A DNA stretch of 64,000 nt from Azolla caroliniana. Lineage: Eukaryota > Plantae > Polypodiophyta. Where the stretch lies: the NCBI GenBank assembly GCA_043228905.1, contig JBHGNT010000003.1, positions 20,522,001 to 20,586,000 of the forward strand, in the 5' to 3' direction. A program made the position numbers and the translations under genes. Below the pieces are notes generated by a model. That model saw only the letters and a list, made by a program, of their open reading frames with translations. It made no database searches and was not told where the DNA came from. Positions 12,186-24,338 of this stretch are shown here, one piece after another (within the stretch, counting starts at the first letter, position 1; the number at the start of each line of letters is the position of its first letter).

Positions 12186-15100
12186 GATTTAACAAACAAC
12201 GAAACATATAAATATACTTTATTAAGATAAATGGAAGTGACATAATAAGTCTACATTTTCATAATGAAGATTTCATTACATATGACCGTTTGAGAATAAT
12301 GTACTCGAACATTGTCATGGACACACCACTGTATCATGACAAACATATACATATTGAACTCAAATTTGAGTATCACAACCAAACCATGTCTTATGTGTTT
12401 ATACTTATTCATGTTTAAGTGTTATATTGTAAGAACAAACAATTATGTCCAAGCGAAGAATAACTTAATAACCTACTAGATTTAGAGTTGAGGTCAAATA
12501 TAGGTGAAACATCTACATCATCTTGCATCACAACTTCCTTTCCAACTAGGTTCTAAGTTGTAATAGGCGATTTGCAAGATAAAAAATATATGTTTGGTAA
12601 GTGTACTTATGAGACATGTTTTATTTTAGAAGCATATGACCATGTGGGTGGTTGTTATTTAAATAAATAAATAATGCGCCGTTTAAATTAGATCAAGTGC
12701 TATGCAATATACACTAGCAAATTAAGAGCTTCCAACGTACATGGGATTTGTGGACCACTATCCCATGAGAACATAATCACCTTAATATGGATTGCAAATG
12801 CACTTAAAAATTCGTATTTTTCACAAAATTTATATCACATAAACATACGTACATGCATTTTTTTGTAACCTATAGGAACCAAAGCAAAAGTGTTGATAAA
12901 GATACATTTAAAAAAAAACATTTTTTGTCGACCTAGCATGAAAAAAACACTACACAAGCTTCGAGATAGTAAGTTGTAACCATACCTACCACAAAATTGT
13001 TTACCTTGATATTGTGAATGCATTTTGTCTTAACCTTTTAAAAGGATGTCATTTTCAATACAAGGAGGTTCAACGAGTTTAATTATGTTGCCACTTTTAC
13101 TATGATATGTTGTTGCAGTAATATGTTTCGAGAAGGGTAGACAGATGGTGTGGATCCATACGCAAGGTATTGGCACCATATTTCCTTTCATAACTATCCT
13201 ATGGAAAATATATTTTCTAGTTCAAGTTGAATTGCAAAGTGAAGGAGGCTATTTTCAAAGTTGTTAGTATGTTACCACACATTAGTATAATATGCACGAA
13301 TCAATTTTAAAACTCTTTAAAACATTTAGTCCAACTTCTCTTAGTTTTTCCTTATCTATCATGTTGAAATAACATAATGCTACAGTTTTGTTTCCATGTT
13401 ATACAATGGCAGTATGTAGTACCCAAATGGTTGTTCCCCCCTCCCATTAGTTGAATGAGTGGTGTGAAAGAGATGTCACATGGGATAGTGAATGTAGGTG
13501 ATGTGTATGAAAGGATGGCTAGAGACACGTGTGAAAGTGTAAGATAAATAAGTGAGATTTCTTATATAGGATAGGATAGTCTAGGCAAGGCCTACCCGAG
13601 AAAGGGATTGAGTTTGTGTATATTTTAACTAATGGAGTATATTCTTGTTTGGAAAAAAAAACACATAGGTCCATAAACTTATTCACATTCCGAATAGATT
13701 CATGTTGAATTCTGGCAAACTACAACTAAACAAATGCACATGTAAATTTTCCTTAATCCAAAGCATGTGTGCTTCTTTGTTTGTTCCTATTGAAATTTTG
13801 GTTTTTGCTACCACACGGTAAGAGTTTAATTTAAAAATAGGGTGGTATGTAAATAAGACGTTGTTTGGATATATTCAACATATCCTTTGAGAAAGAAAAA
13901 GATGGGAAGGAAATTTGTGTTGTTTATTAATGAATTATATACAAGAAATAGCCAAATTTGAAGACCAACTCCTAGTTATGCATTGGGCCTACCAAGTTTC
14001 AAATTGTATATGATAACTCAACCCACTTGTTACCCCAGAGACATCTCAATGGGCATTAATGGTGTGAAAGGCCATAATTCTCAAGAGGGGCGTATCCTTT
14101 TGTTGATTAATTCATGGAGTTATAAAGTTTTTTAATAGCCCTACTATTCATGTATATAGAAATATCTCATGTATTTTATCTCCATGTTTACATGCATGTA
14201 CTTCACAAGTGCATGAATCAGAAAATTGAACCCCAAAGAAATGTTCTGTAGCTGTAGCATGTAGACTCTTTACCATATAGAGTAGCATTGAGGTAAGAAA
14301 AGGGAAAAATAAATACAACCCCCTCCCCCCAAGGTTTAGATATTTCTCAAGTACAACAATGAAAACATGTGTTGTCGAACTTTGGGATGCATATGTAACG
14401 GTAGAGCCGAATATTATATGAGATTTTGAAAATGGCACGGTGGTGTTAAGATTACCGTTGAATATGAAATTGACCTATGCTTGTCAAACTAGATAAAGCT
14501 AGAGACCACTTGCTGGAACATAAAATTTTAGTCAAATGAATGTGGAAATTTATGAGTATGATGGTTAACACACTAAAAGTCTCTACATTGGAACAAACAC
14601 AAAAGGGGACATAACTTTCGTAGTGTACATTCTTCCAAACCTTTGAAAATAAATTTTCTTCTTGCTTTTGATGATTTGAAGAATAATGTAGTGTCTAATA
14701 CATACAACCACATGCATACATTTTCTATGAAAAATTGTGATTTCAAACCCCAAAGTTTAGTGACGCCTATTTTTGCATGGCCAATTTTGATTTTCAAGGA
14801 TGCCAATTTCCCAAAATTGTGTACACAAGCAAAGATTTGCATCATCTTAATGCTTGTCCCTAATTACATTTCCATTTTGTTAGCCTAATCATGATCAAAG
14901 CAAACTACATTTGATCATTTATTGTGCCTCTCTCTCTCTCTCTCATAAACAACATCCTCTTCATGGCGGCAACAATACAAATTTTGCCATATTAGTTATT
15001 GCATTGTACTTAAAACTTCGATACAAGACAAATTTATACCAACATTGATTATGAAAAGTCAAGGGTTCATGATGGAGTGCTTGTTCAAGTTTATTAACCA

Positions 15101-16562
15101 ATATCTTTTACGTCATTAAATTACTTTTTGATGTAGCATGATTTAAATCAACATAATCATTCACATGCTCATCAACGAGTACTACTTATTCCAACAACTA
15201 CAACATGTGAATTTATCTGAATGAAAATGCCTTGTAGTATTGTCTTCATGGGATGTTCAACCAAAGCACTTACCACTAATTCGATGCTTCTTACCATTAT
15301 ATCATTCTTGTCATTGTCCCAAGAACTATAGTGCATGCACATGATTGTATGGTTAGCTACCAACCACATAAGGGATGGTTGCCCCCTTATTATGTCCTTA
15401 GGAATTGGATTTGGGGCTCCCTTAACTTGTTTGTTGGGAATCCATTGGCAATGTATATATGCTTAGATTCCAAGTGTTTTATTACAACATCTATTGTTTT
15501 ACAAAGAAAATAAAACTTCAATCGTATATACAGAACAAATTTAATCATATACTTATTTCAACTTAATGTGCATGAGCATTTCGTCCATACACTATCTCTG
15601 TATGCACTTCATTTGTTTCCAGTCCATTAATGTTAACAAATTTGTGTTTGAACACATTGTTATTTTGGCGTCTTTTGTTCCACTCAAATAAATTATAAGA
15701 CCGACGTCACTATTTCCACCATATTTTGTTCTCAAGTTAAGCATGCATACTCCAAATATTGCACAAATAAAAGAGATAGCTCCAATTAATTTTATCCACC
15801 CATCCAAGACACTACATTAGTCCTTTAGTAACACCTACATGTTCTTAGTACAATCCAACATGCATTAATATTATCAAAATTGTACTAAAACAGAACATGA
15901 AGTTACGAAAAAGGTAAAGGTACAATGCAAGCCCACTTGATGCTAACATCATACTAGGCCCCATAAATACAGTTGAGCCATAAGACAAAAACATAGTTTT
16001 CTTCTTGTACCAATTGTCTTGTACTAAAACCAACATGGAAAACTGATAAACCAAAAACTCTTTTAGACAACAATCATGATTCCCTCTCTCCCACCTCGTC
16101 TCTCTCTATCTCTCTTTGTCTCTCTATGATGATCCATGTTTCTATTAAGTTTGTTCACGACTTGAGTATTGTTTTTTGCAACATTGGATTATTCATTCAA
16201 GTGAGATAATAGTTCCCTCCCTTCATATAGCATAAGGAATAGAAATATGCGGGTCACTTATGTTTGTAAAGGTTTACTCTAACACATATCAAATAAATAC
16301 GTATGTTTCTTTACTAGGGAAAATTACATAATTTTATATTTAGGGAAAAAGTATATGTAGTTCATGCTCATTGTTCACAACCATAGAATATATATAAAAA
16401 GGGAAAGGCGCCCCCCCCACCTCCCAATTGATCTCAAGTACATCATTATTAATTATCCTTAGGCATTAATTATTATATGTTGTTAATGAAAGTCTTATCA
16501 TTTCCCTCATTGCTTTGTGTTGCTCCTTTATCTCCCCATGTGTTCATCTCGTATCATGTGTC

Positions 16563-17534
16563 TAGGAGTTGGCTAGCAATGGGCCCGGTTTCGGCTCAAA
16601 CCGAACAAAACCATTAAACCATGGTTTAACGGTTTATAAGTTCCAAGTAATTAAATGGTTTGGTTTGGTTTAAATGATTAATAAATAGTTCGGTTTGGTT
16701 TTGGAACTGGGGTTTATCGGTTTATAGGTTTAAGTGGTTTGGTTTAAAGGTTTATAGGTTTTTGGGCTAACATTTTTAATGGTTTTTATTGATTTAATTC
16801 ACTTAACTTAAATGTTTCTTTAATTCAATGGTTTAATTAACGTTTTTTATTGATTTAATTCACTTAACTTAAATGTTTATTTAATCTAATGGCTTAATTA
16901 ATGCTTAATTAATTAATGAAACATAAATTCTTATTTAATTTAGTGTATTTTTATTTATTTAATTTTAAATTAGTTTGGCTTAAATGTGGTTAGGTTTAAA
17001 CTTTTTATTAAATGACTCAATTTGGTTTTAACTTAACGGTTTTGGTTTAGATAGTTTGGTTTACCTTTTCGTAAATGGTTTGGTTTAATGACTTGAAAGT
17101 TCATAAATGAGGTCAAAGAAACCGAACCCGAACTGGGCTCATTGCTAGAGTTGGCCACAACTTGATTCATACCTAAACCAAGTTAAGCAATTTTTAAACG
17201 GTTTTCTGGCTCATTTGAGCCTCCTTAACCCGTTTGAGCTTGGTTTGGCAAGGTTCAAGCCAAACCTAACTATTTAGAGCCGAACTGGTTCCTAATTTTA
17301 ATGCTAATGGAGGATATTTTTATGGGAAAAAACCCAATTACTAAACTGGTAAAGTCTTAAACAGTTTGGGCAACCCGATCATTAAATTGGTCTAGTGTTA
17401 ACTGGTTAAGCCTTAACCAGTTTAGGAACCGATTTGTTCAAATTTGAAAACTCTCAAAGCGGTTAAGGCTTAACGGGTTTGGTTTGTACAAGGCCAATCC
17501 GGTTAAGCCAAAACTGAACCGTTGTTGATTCCTA
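16563..17534. mobile_element. Outer hAT-type MITE, interrupted by a nested MITE
   Basis: Termini TAGGAGTTGGC... and ...ccgttgttgattCCTA. Near-perfect 8-bp TSD CATGTGTC (16555-16562) / CTTGTGTC (17535-17542). AACCG motifs in the interior. Confidence 0.75.
16574..17147 (+). mobile_element. hAT-type MITE (TIR TAGCAATGGGCCC), 574 bp
   Basis: TIRs TAGCAATGGGCCCGGTT / AACTGGGCTCATTGCTA. Perfect 8-bp TSD GAGTTGGC (16566-16573, 17148-17155). Confidence 0.92.
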
Positions 17535-18039
17535 CTTGTGTCTTCCAACTTCGCTTATCATAATTCACTTGATTGGCTTCCTCTTGGACCAAATTCGGTC
17601 TCATCGAACAATTTTGGTCTTAGAAGATGTTAATACATCTTTCTTTCTTTCTTGTTGGAATCTACTCTCCTTTTCATCCCTTTGTCCCATCTTTAGCTCT
17701 ACTTCTCATTCTCTTGCGCATGTCACTGAAACTCCAACTCATTCCGATTGCCCACTCATATATGATCTATTGACTCCCATCTTCTTCTCATCCCCTTACT
17801 TGCACATCATCTAATCTAATCTTTTTATCTTCTACATATGTATTATGCCCTTGGTTGCATTTTCACATATTCTCTTGTCTGATGTTCCTACAACTATGAC
17901 AAAAACATTCTAAATATGTGTTGGGGTTGAACGAGACTTGATCAATTCTTAGACATTCGGGTTACATCTTGCACAAAACCACAACAATCCCCAGAATGTT
18001 ATTCTCATCCCCTCACATCTCTCTCAACACATGCATACT

Positions 18040-19000
18040 AATTATATACTTTATGCGTGTGAACCAATTTTCACCATGACACCGTGTAAAGCTTTAAAAA
18101 CCTTAGTCTTGAAGTCCCTTCAAATCATAGATGGAATGAATGTGTTGCCCATTGCGTAGATGTAGGAAAGAGAGCATATTATGCATTTGAAAATGCATGC
18201 AATCGTGAAGAAATCAAGTATTGAGTCCTCAAGAAATTTCATCGACACTTTGGTGACATAGGTGTTTCTCTATGGGGTAGACTAACATTCCCAAGTCCCC
18301 TGGGAAAGCATTTTCTCACAAAGTTTCTCCAAGTCAAGAAACAAACGCCATACACTCTCCTTCTAGAGACATGATCACTTCCTATTGAGAATGTGGTCAT
18401 GGAAAGGGTTTTTGAATGCATGCTTAAGATTCAAAAGCCCTTGACATTGACTTCTTATAATGTCATGGGAAACAAACAAAAAGATCTAAAAGACACCTAA
18501 AAGAAAAAATGTGTGTTCTAATTGGATGCAAGATATGGAAAAATAGTTTGGAAGATGAAACACAACACATTTGCTTCATGATGCATCAATAGGTTCTTTT
18601 GTGAGTGAAGTCTCTTTGGAACGTGAATGTATCATGACTTAAGAAAAATGTGGAGACTGACGCTTCCTACATGATACTACATATGTTGCACCCAACTACA
18701 AAACCATATTCTTCACCAAACGTGGAAACCATACACATCATGTTAGTCTAGCCCATTCAATCCAAATTATTGCTTTCACGCTACTTAGCTCACGCTCATA
18801 CAATTTGAGTCAAGGTGTTGGGCCACAAGTGATGAGAGTAGTCAATTATGCATACTTTGCCCTAAACAAGTTTGGGAGTGTGAGTATCACAATTTGATAT
18901 AATGTTGATCACATTTGACTTTAATATTTACACATCTTCACCAAACGCAATCATTGCAAAAATTTCTCTCACAATCACAATGTGCATTGTAGATTGCATG
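18040..19000 (+). mobile_element. Degenerate 5'-truncated RTE-X-like LINE (3' part of ORF2)
   Basis: Colinear with 20170-21530 (e.g. cttgaagtcccttcaaatcatagatggaat, gcattttctcacaaagtttctccaagt, aagtgatgagagt). Many stops. Confidence 0.8.
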
Positions 19001-19006
19001 TGCTAA

Positions 19007-21530
19007 CTTATCAAAAAGAATTTGCATGAGTACAAAAGGCTTATCCAAAGAAGGGAAGAATATTGGAAGTTACTCAATGAATTCTCCAAATGCAAGAGAA
19101 AGCGCATGCATATGCTAAATTTTGGGGAAATCTAAAGGGGAAACATGTTGAGAGCTATGGTGACTTAACTCTTCTTGACTTGTCTATTTATTGTAAGAAT
19201 TTATATGAGTATCGCTTGCCAGAAAGATGATGTGTTATGTATGGTTCTCTTTCACATATGTCTCCCTTCTTTACAATTGAAGATATATGCATAAGACTTC
19301 AATGTATAAAGGTTGAAATGCTCAAATGAACGAGAAAGGAAGCACATGCATGGATAAGCGATATGTTTAATCATGCATTGCAACATGGAATGCTATATGA
19401 TTGGAATACAAATTGGATTAAACCTTCACATAAAGGTGGAGATGTAAATTATAACGTAAACAACTATCGAGCCATCATGGTTGGCTCATTAATGACAAAA
19501 CTATTTGGATATATAATGGAATTAAAGATAAGTGCATGGTCTGAAAAAAATGGTAAGAGAGCTTATTGACAAGTTGGCTTTTAAAACCATTATAGCATCA
19601 TTGATCACCTTGTCACCCTTTGAGTATTAATGGAGGAAAGTCGCCTTGGAGGTAAAGGTTTATATTGTTGTTTCGTAGACTTCAAGAAATCTTTTGATAT
19701 GATACCTCGTGAGCATCTTTGGAGGTGAATGGAAGAACTCAAGGTGTCAAGTGAATATATGCTTGCAATATCCGAATATATGAGAAGGTTGTATGTTGTG
19801 TGCGTATGAGTGATAAACTTTCAGATTTTTTCAATAACACTATTAGTGTTAAACAAGGTTGCCCACTCTCACCAACTCTATTTCGTCTATGTATTGATGA
19901 ATTGGAAGAAATGGTTGCCAAGTTTGTAAAGGAAGAATGTGTTGAAGAAGTTGCAATTAGAAATGTTGTCATTATGCTATATGTGGATGATGTAGTGCTT
20001 TTTGCAAATACTTTAGGAGATGCGCAAAAGCTTGTAAAGGCATTGGAAACATTTTGCATGCATATTATTAAGTGTCAATAGCTCTAAAACAAAGATTATG
20101 CTTGTGAAGAGCCAAAAAAAAGATAAGCCATGCATTATGTACAATAAAGAGCCACTTGAATGTGTGGAAAGCTTCAAATATCTTGACCTTGAAGTTCCTT
20201 CAAATAATAGATGGAATTAATGTGTTACACGCCGCTTAGAGGCGGGAAAGCGAGCATATTATGCATTTGAGAACACATGCAACCATGGAGATATTAAGTG
20301 TTGGGTCCTCAAGAAATACTTTTTCGACACTTTGGTGTCACCAGTGCTTCTCTATGGGGTGGAAGTATGAGGTGGTGGCATCCCTAAATCTACTTGGAAA
20401 TGGTTTGAAAATGTCCAAAAACATTTTCTTACAAAGTTTCTACAAGTTGAGAGACAAACGCCATACATCCTCCCCCTCCTCCTCGAGATGGGATTACTTC
20501 CCATTAAGATCGTGGCAATGGAAAGGGTTATTGAATACATGCTTAAGGTCAAAAAAGTCTCTCACATCGACTTCCTAGAATTGCATGGGAATAACAATCG
20601 GCAACAGTTCGGTTCCGTTCAAGAGGGTCCAAACCGAACCGTTTAAATTTGTTGAAACCTGAACTGAACGGAACCACGAAACCTTTAAACAAATTTCAAA
20701 CCATTAAACCATTAAACCGTAAAAACCACGGTTTTGTGGTTTAGTTTCGGTTTTCAGCATAAGTCAAAAAATTTATTTTTTAAAATTTATAATATTTCAT
20801 TTTTTAAAATTTTTAAAATTTTTAAGATGTTCCTAAAATGTGAGAATAAGGTTAAAAATGAAAAGATTGTTTAAAAACAAATTTTAAAATTTTTATAAAT
20901 TTGTTTTTAAAAAAATAATTAATAAAAAACCGTTAAACCGTTTAAGGTTTCTGGTTGTTAAAACCGAACCAAATTGTTTTAAAAAACCTAAACCTGAACC
21001 AAACCGAACCGTTGAAACCGTTAAGCTGCGGTTTCGCAGTTCGGTTAAGTTCAAACCGAACTGAACTGTTGTTGATTGTTACATGGGAAGCAAGCAAAAA
21101 GATCCAAAAGACACATAAAAGCCATTTTTTGTGTTCCAATTGGATGTAAGATATGAAAAAGTGGTTCAGTAGATGGGATGCAACAGATTTGCTTCATGAT
21201 GCATCACAGTTAGATTCCTCTATAAATGAGGACTTTTGGCAACGCCAATGTATCATGACATGAGAAAAATGTGGAGGCTCAAGCTTCACATGCGATACTA
21301 CACATGTTGCACCTAACTACAAAACTATATTCTTCGCGAAATGGGGAAACAATACACATCCATACATGTTAGAGCCCATCCCGTTGTCTACCATTCGAAT
21401 CATTGCTTCTATGAGACTTACCTCACATGCATTGCGATGTGAGGCGGGACATTGGGGCATAAGTGATGAGAGTGGTCAACTATGCACACTTTGCCCTAAA
21501 CAAGTTCAAGAGTTTGAGTATCATATTTGA
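19007..21530 (+). mobile_element. 5'-truncated RTE-X-like LINE pseudogene (RT + C-terminal CCHC finger), interrupted by a MITE
   Basis: RT motifs [43 protein letters not shown]-terminal MRLTSHALRCE..HW..CTLC...EYH. Stops and frameshifts throughout. Confidence 0.88.
20592..21081 (+). mobile_element. hAT-type MITE (TIR TAACAATC..CAACAGTTC), 490 bp
   Basis: TIRs TAACAATCGGCAACAGTTC / GAACTGTTGTTGATTGTTA. Perfect 8-bp TSD CATGGGAA (20584-20591, 21082-21089). The LINE resumes on either side. Confidence 0.95.
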
Positions 21531-21547
21531 CCTCTGAAGACGATAAT

Positions 21548-21551
<4 letters not shown>

Positions 21552-21638
<87 letters not shown>
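21552..21638. repeat. Compound (CT)n(CA)n microsatellite
   Basis: Directly visible, right after the LINE 3' end. Confidence 0.95.
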
Positions 21639-21640
<2 letters not shown>

Positions 21641-24338
21641 TGAGCTACCTTATCTGAACAAGGCACATGGATCATACATACCATCACCAAATTAGGTCAC
21701 CAATACAACCAACCTCGCATATCGTTTATCCAAACCATTTGCTAAACCTACATATACTAATTATCTACTTCCTATTTGTAAACCATTTCCACAATCATTG
21801 AACCACATGGGAAGTTAATCCTTTGTTGCACGTGCATGTGAAATGTTGATACCCTACCTTAACAAGTCTCTTCCAATTATTTTTCACATCTTCAATGAGG
21901 AAGATGTTCATGACACAATCCTCAACCTCATTTCCATATATATTAGCTTTTTTATAGGAAGGTCAAATGATGAACCTTTTTTCCTTTTGTACTCTAATGG
22001 ATTGGTCAATGTATAAGGGTGTGTGGTATGAGTCTGGGGACAATGGGCCAAATTTGAAAGTATTGCCTATGGATGCATTACATTGTTTTATCCATACATA
22101 GTTGACTACAATTCCTCCTCCATAAGGTCTAAGATACGCCAAAACATTTGACTTCAAAAACACATGTACGGGTACACTGTACCATTGAGAATCTTCATGT
22201 TTATATAATTAAGCATAAGCATGAGAAGTCTATCACAATTTGACACAATACAATCTCTTAGAGTCATGTATCGAATATGACACCATTATATCATTATCAA
22301 CTTCCACATTTTGCTAAGTTCCAAACATTAAAATCCCCCACAACCAACAATTTTCCAATCTTGTTATATGTAAAGAATGTTAACACACTCATCAGAAAAA
22401 GAATCATCATCATTACGTAGCTCATACAAGTTATAGAAGTTGAACCCTCTATGAGGAATTTAACAACGTCAAATAAAGTTTATCTTTACACATTGTTGCT
22501 TCAACCCACATATAATTTTTGTATTCGTCATACTTACATACTCATGAGTCATATTTATGTTTCCATGCCATCCTAGTAAATTTGTGCCTCTCCTTTGTGC
22601 TCAATATTTTTTATAGTGGAGGGCCGTATAGATTTTACAATGTAGCCATCAATGTTAGGTATACACTTGGTTTCATGTTCCCAAGTTTTATTGTTAAGTT
22701 TGAAATCAATTATGCCTATATACACTTGGTTTCATGTTCCCAAGTTTTATTCTTAAATTTGAAGTCAATAATGCCTATATACACAATCTCAACTCAATCC
22801 GCTTGTTTGGGTGAGGCAATCAAATACCCTAGCCTCTGATTGATTCTTTGTATATCGTCACGCTTTTTTCAATTACCTATGAAAGAACTTGAATAGCATC
22901 CTCATCATGGACTTCACCAAGTCACCATATTTTATTTCCTTTGAAATTTCCAATTTTAGTTGGAACATTTGCAGGAACAACACGCAAGATCTAATAATGC
23001 CTAATGCCAAAAAATGGAATATGTAAATATCCTCTTCATTAAAGTGGAATGTCATAAGGAGAATCTTCATCAAATACTCACATATAGTGATCAAACAAGC
23101 TGCATTGTCAAACCCATCTAAGAATCACATGAGTAGTTCAAAGTGAGCCACCCATGAGCCAATACCCAAACAAAATTTCAATCCTAGGCAAGTGAGAGCA
23201 CTAAAGGTTTGTCATTCTTGGTATTAGAGTTGGACTTTGGTATTTGTGACCTTTGGTATTTAATCTCACAGGATCATTGTGGTTGTCCATCAGTTTGATT
23301 CATAGCATAACACTCCACAACCTTGTCTCAATACACGTTTATGAAGAATTTTCAAAGTCAACATACTAGACCATGGGATACGCTTTTGCTAAGAGGTGAA
23401 CAAGCCTTAATAACACACTAAGAGAGCCACCTATAAGAGAAACTTGAGCCATACTTTTCTTACTCATTGGTTGGGTAGTGTAACCATCTTGTAACCACTA
23501 GTTTATAATAACCACCCATTATCCTAGGTCTTCGCAAGTTCATATCTGGTATACCTCCATAGTCAGCTCAACTTGTTACAATGTCGTGATATAAATTTGA
23601 GCATCTCTATCCATATAATGCTCACATCTGCTTAGTGCTACCTAATAAGTAGCCCATAGCCATTTGAAAAGCTTCAACCTCTTCACCCAAGCTTGTTTAG
23701 ATCCAATGTTGGACCTAGATTCAATATATAGCTTTTGGCAACACGATCTTCTACGCATTCTTCAACAAAGCATTTTGATATTCAATTAAAACCCAATGAG
23801 CAATATATTTTGTTTGGTGGGGTTAATAAATGGTGGGGAAGGAAGTTCTTGTTGGAAGGTATAAGAATTAGTATCCTAGAATTCCTTCCCATCTCCTCTT
23901 GCCCAAGAACCATAATATACAAAGGAGCAAAAAGATAAAAAGGGAACTTCAGGGTGTAGAATGCGTGTATCCTAATCATTCATAGCAAAAATGACTTTAG
24001 AAGAAAACATGTAAGAGCATAAAAAATCCTTCATATCACACCGAGTCTCAGAGGCTTCCTCTTACATGCACAAAGACTAGAAAACTCCAAAAGAAAAGAG
24101 TTAATGTATGACACCTTGTTCAGCTAATTGTACAGAGATTTCATCAGCCACCCGATTCAAGACAAGGATCTCAGCATGAAGCTTTCATAAAACTTCCTCG
24201 GAAAAATGTGAGGAAGAAACATGAGTAGTACAGAAGTCTATTCTTGATGAAACCGAGCATGCATCCATAGTGTGTTGTTTTTCTTATTAGGTAATTACAA
24301 GAACTGATGCATTGGATGGAGGTAGATTCATTATCAAA

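Noticed and set aside
21700-23950. Probable very old retroelement debris (similar at 43780-44750)
   Set aside because: Motifs are too eroded to assign a family or boundaries.
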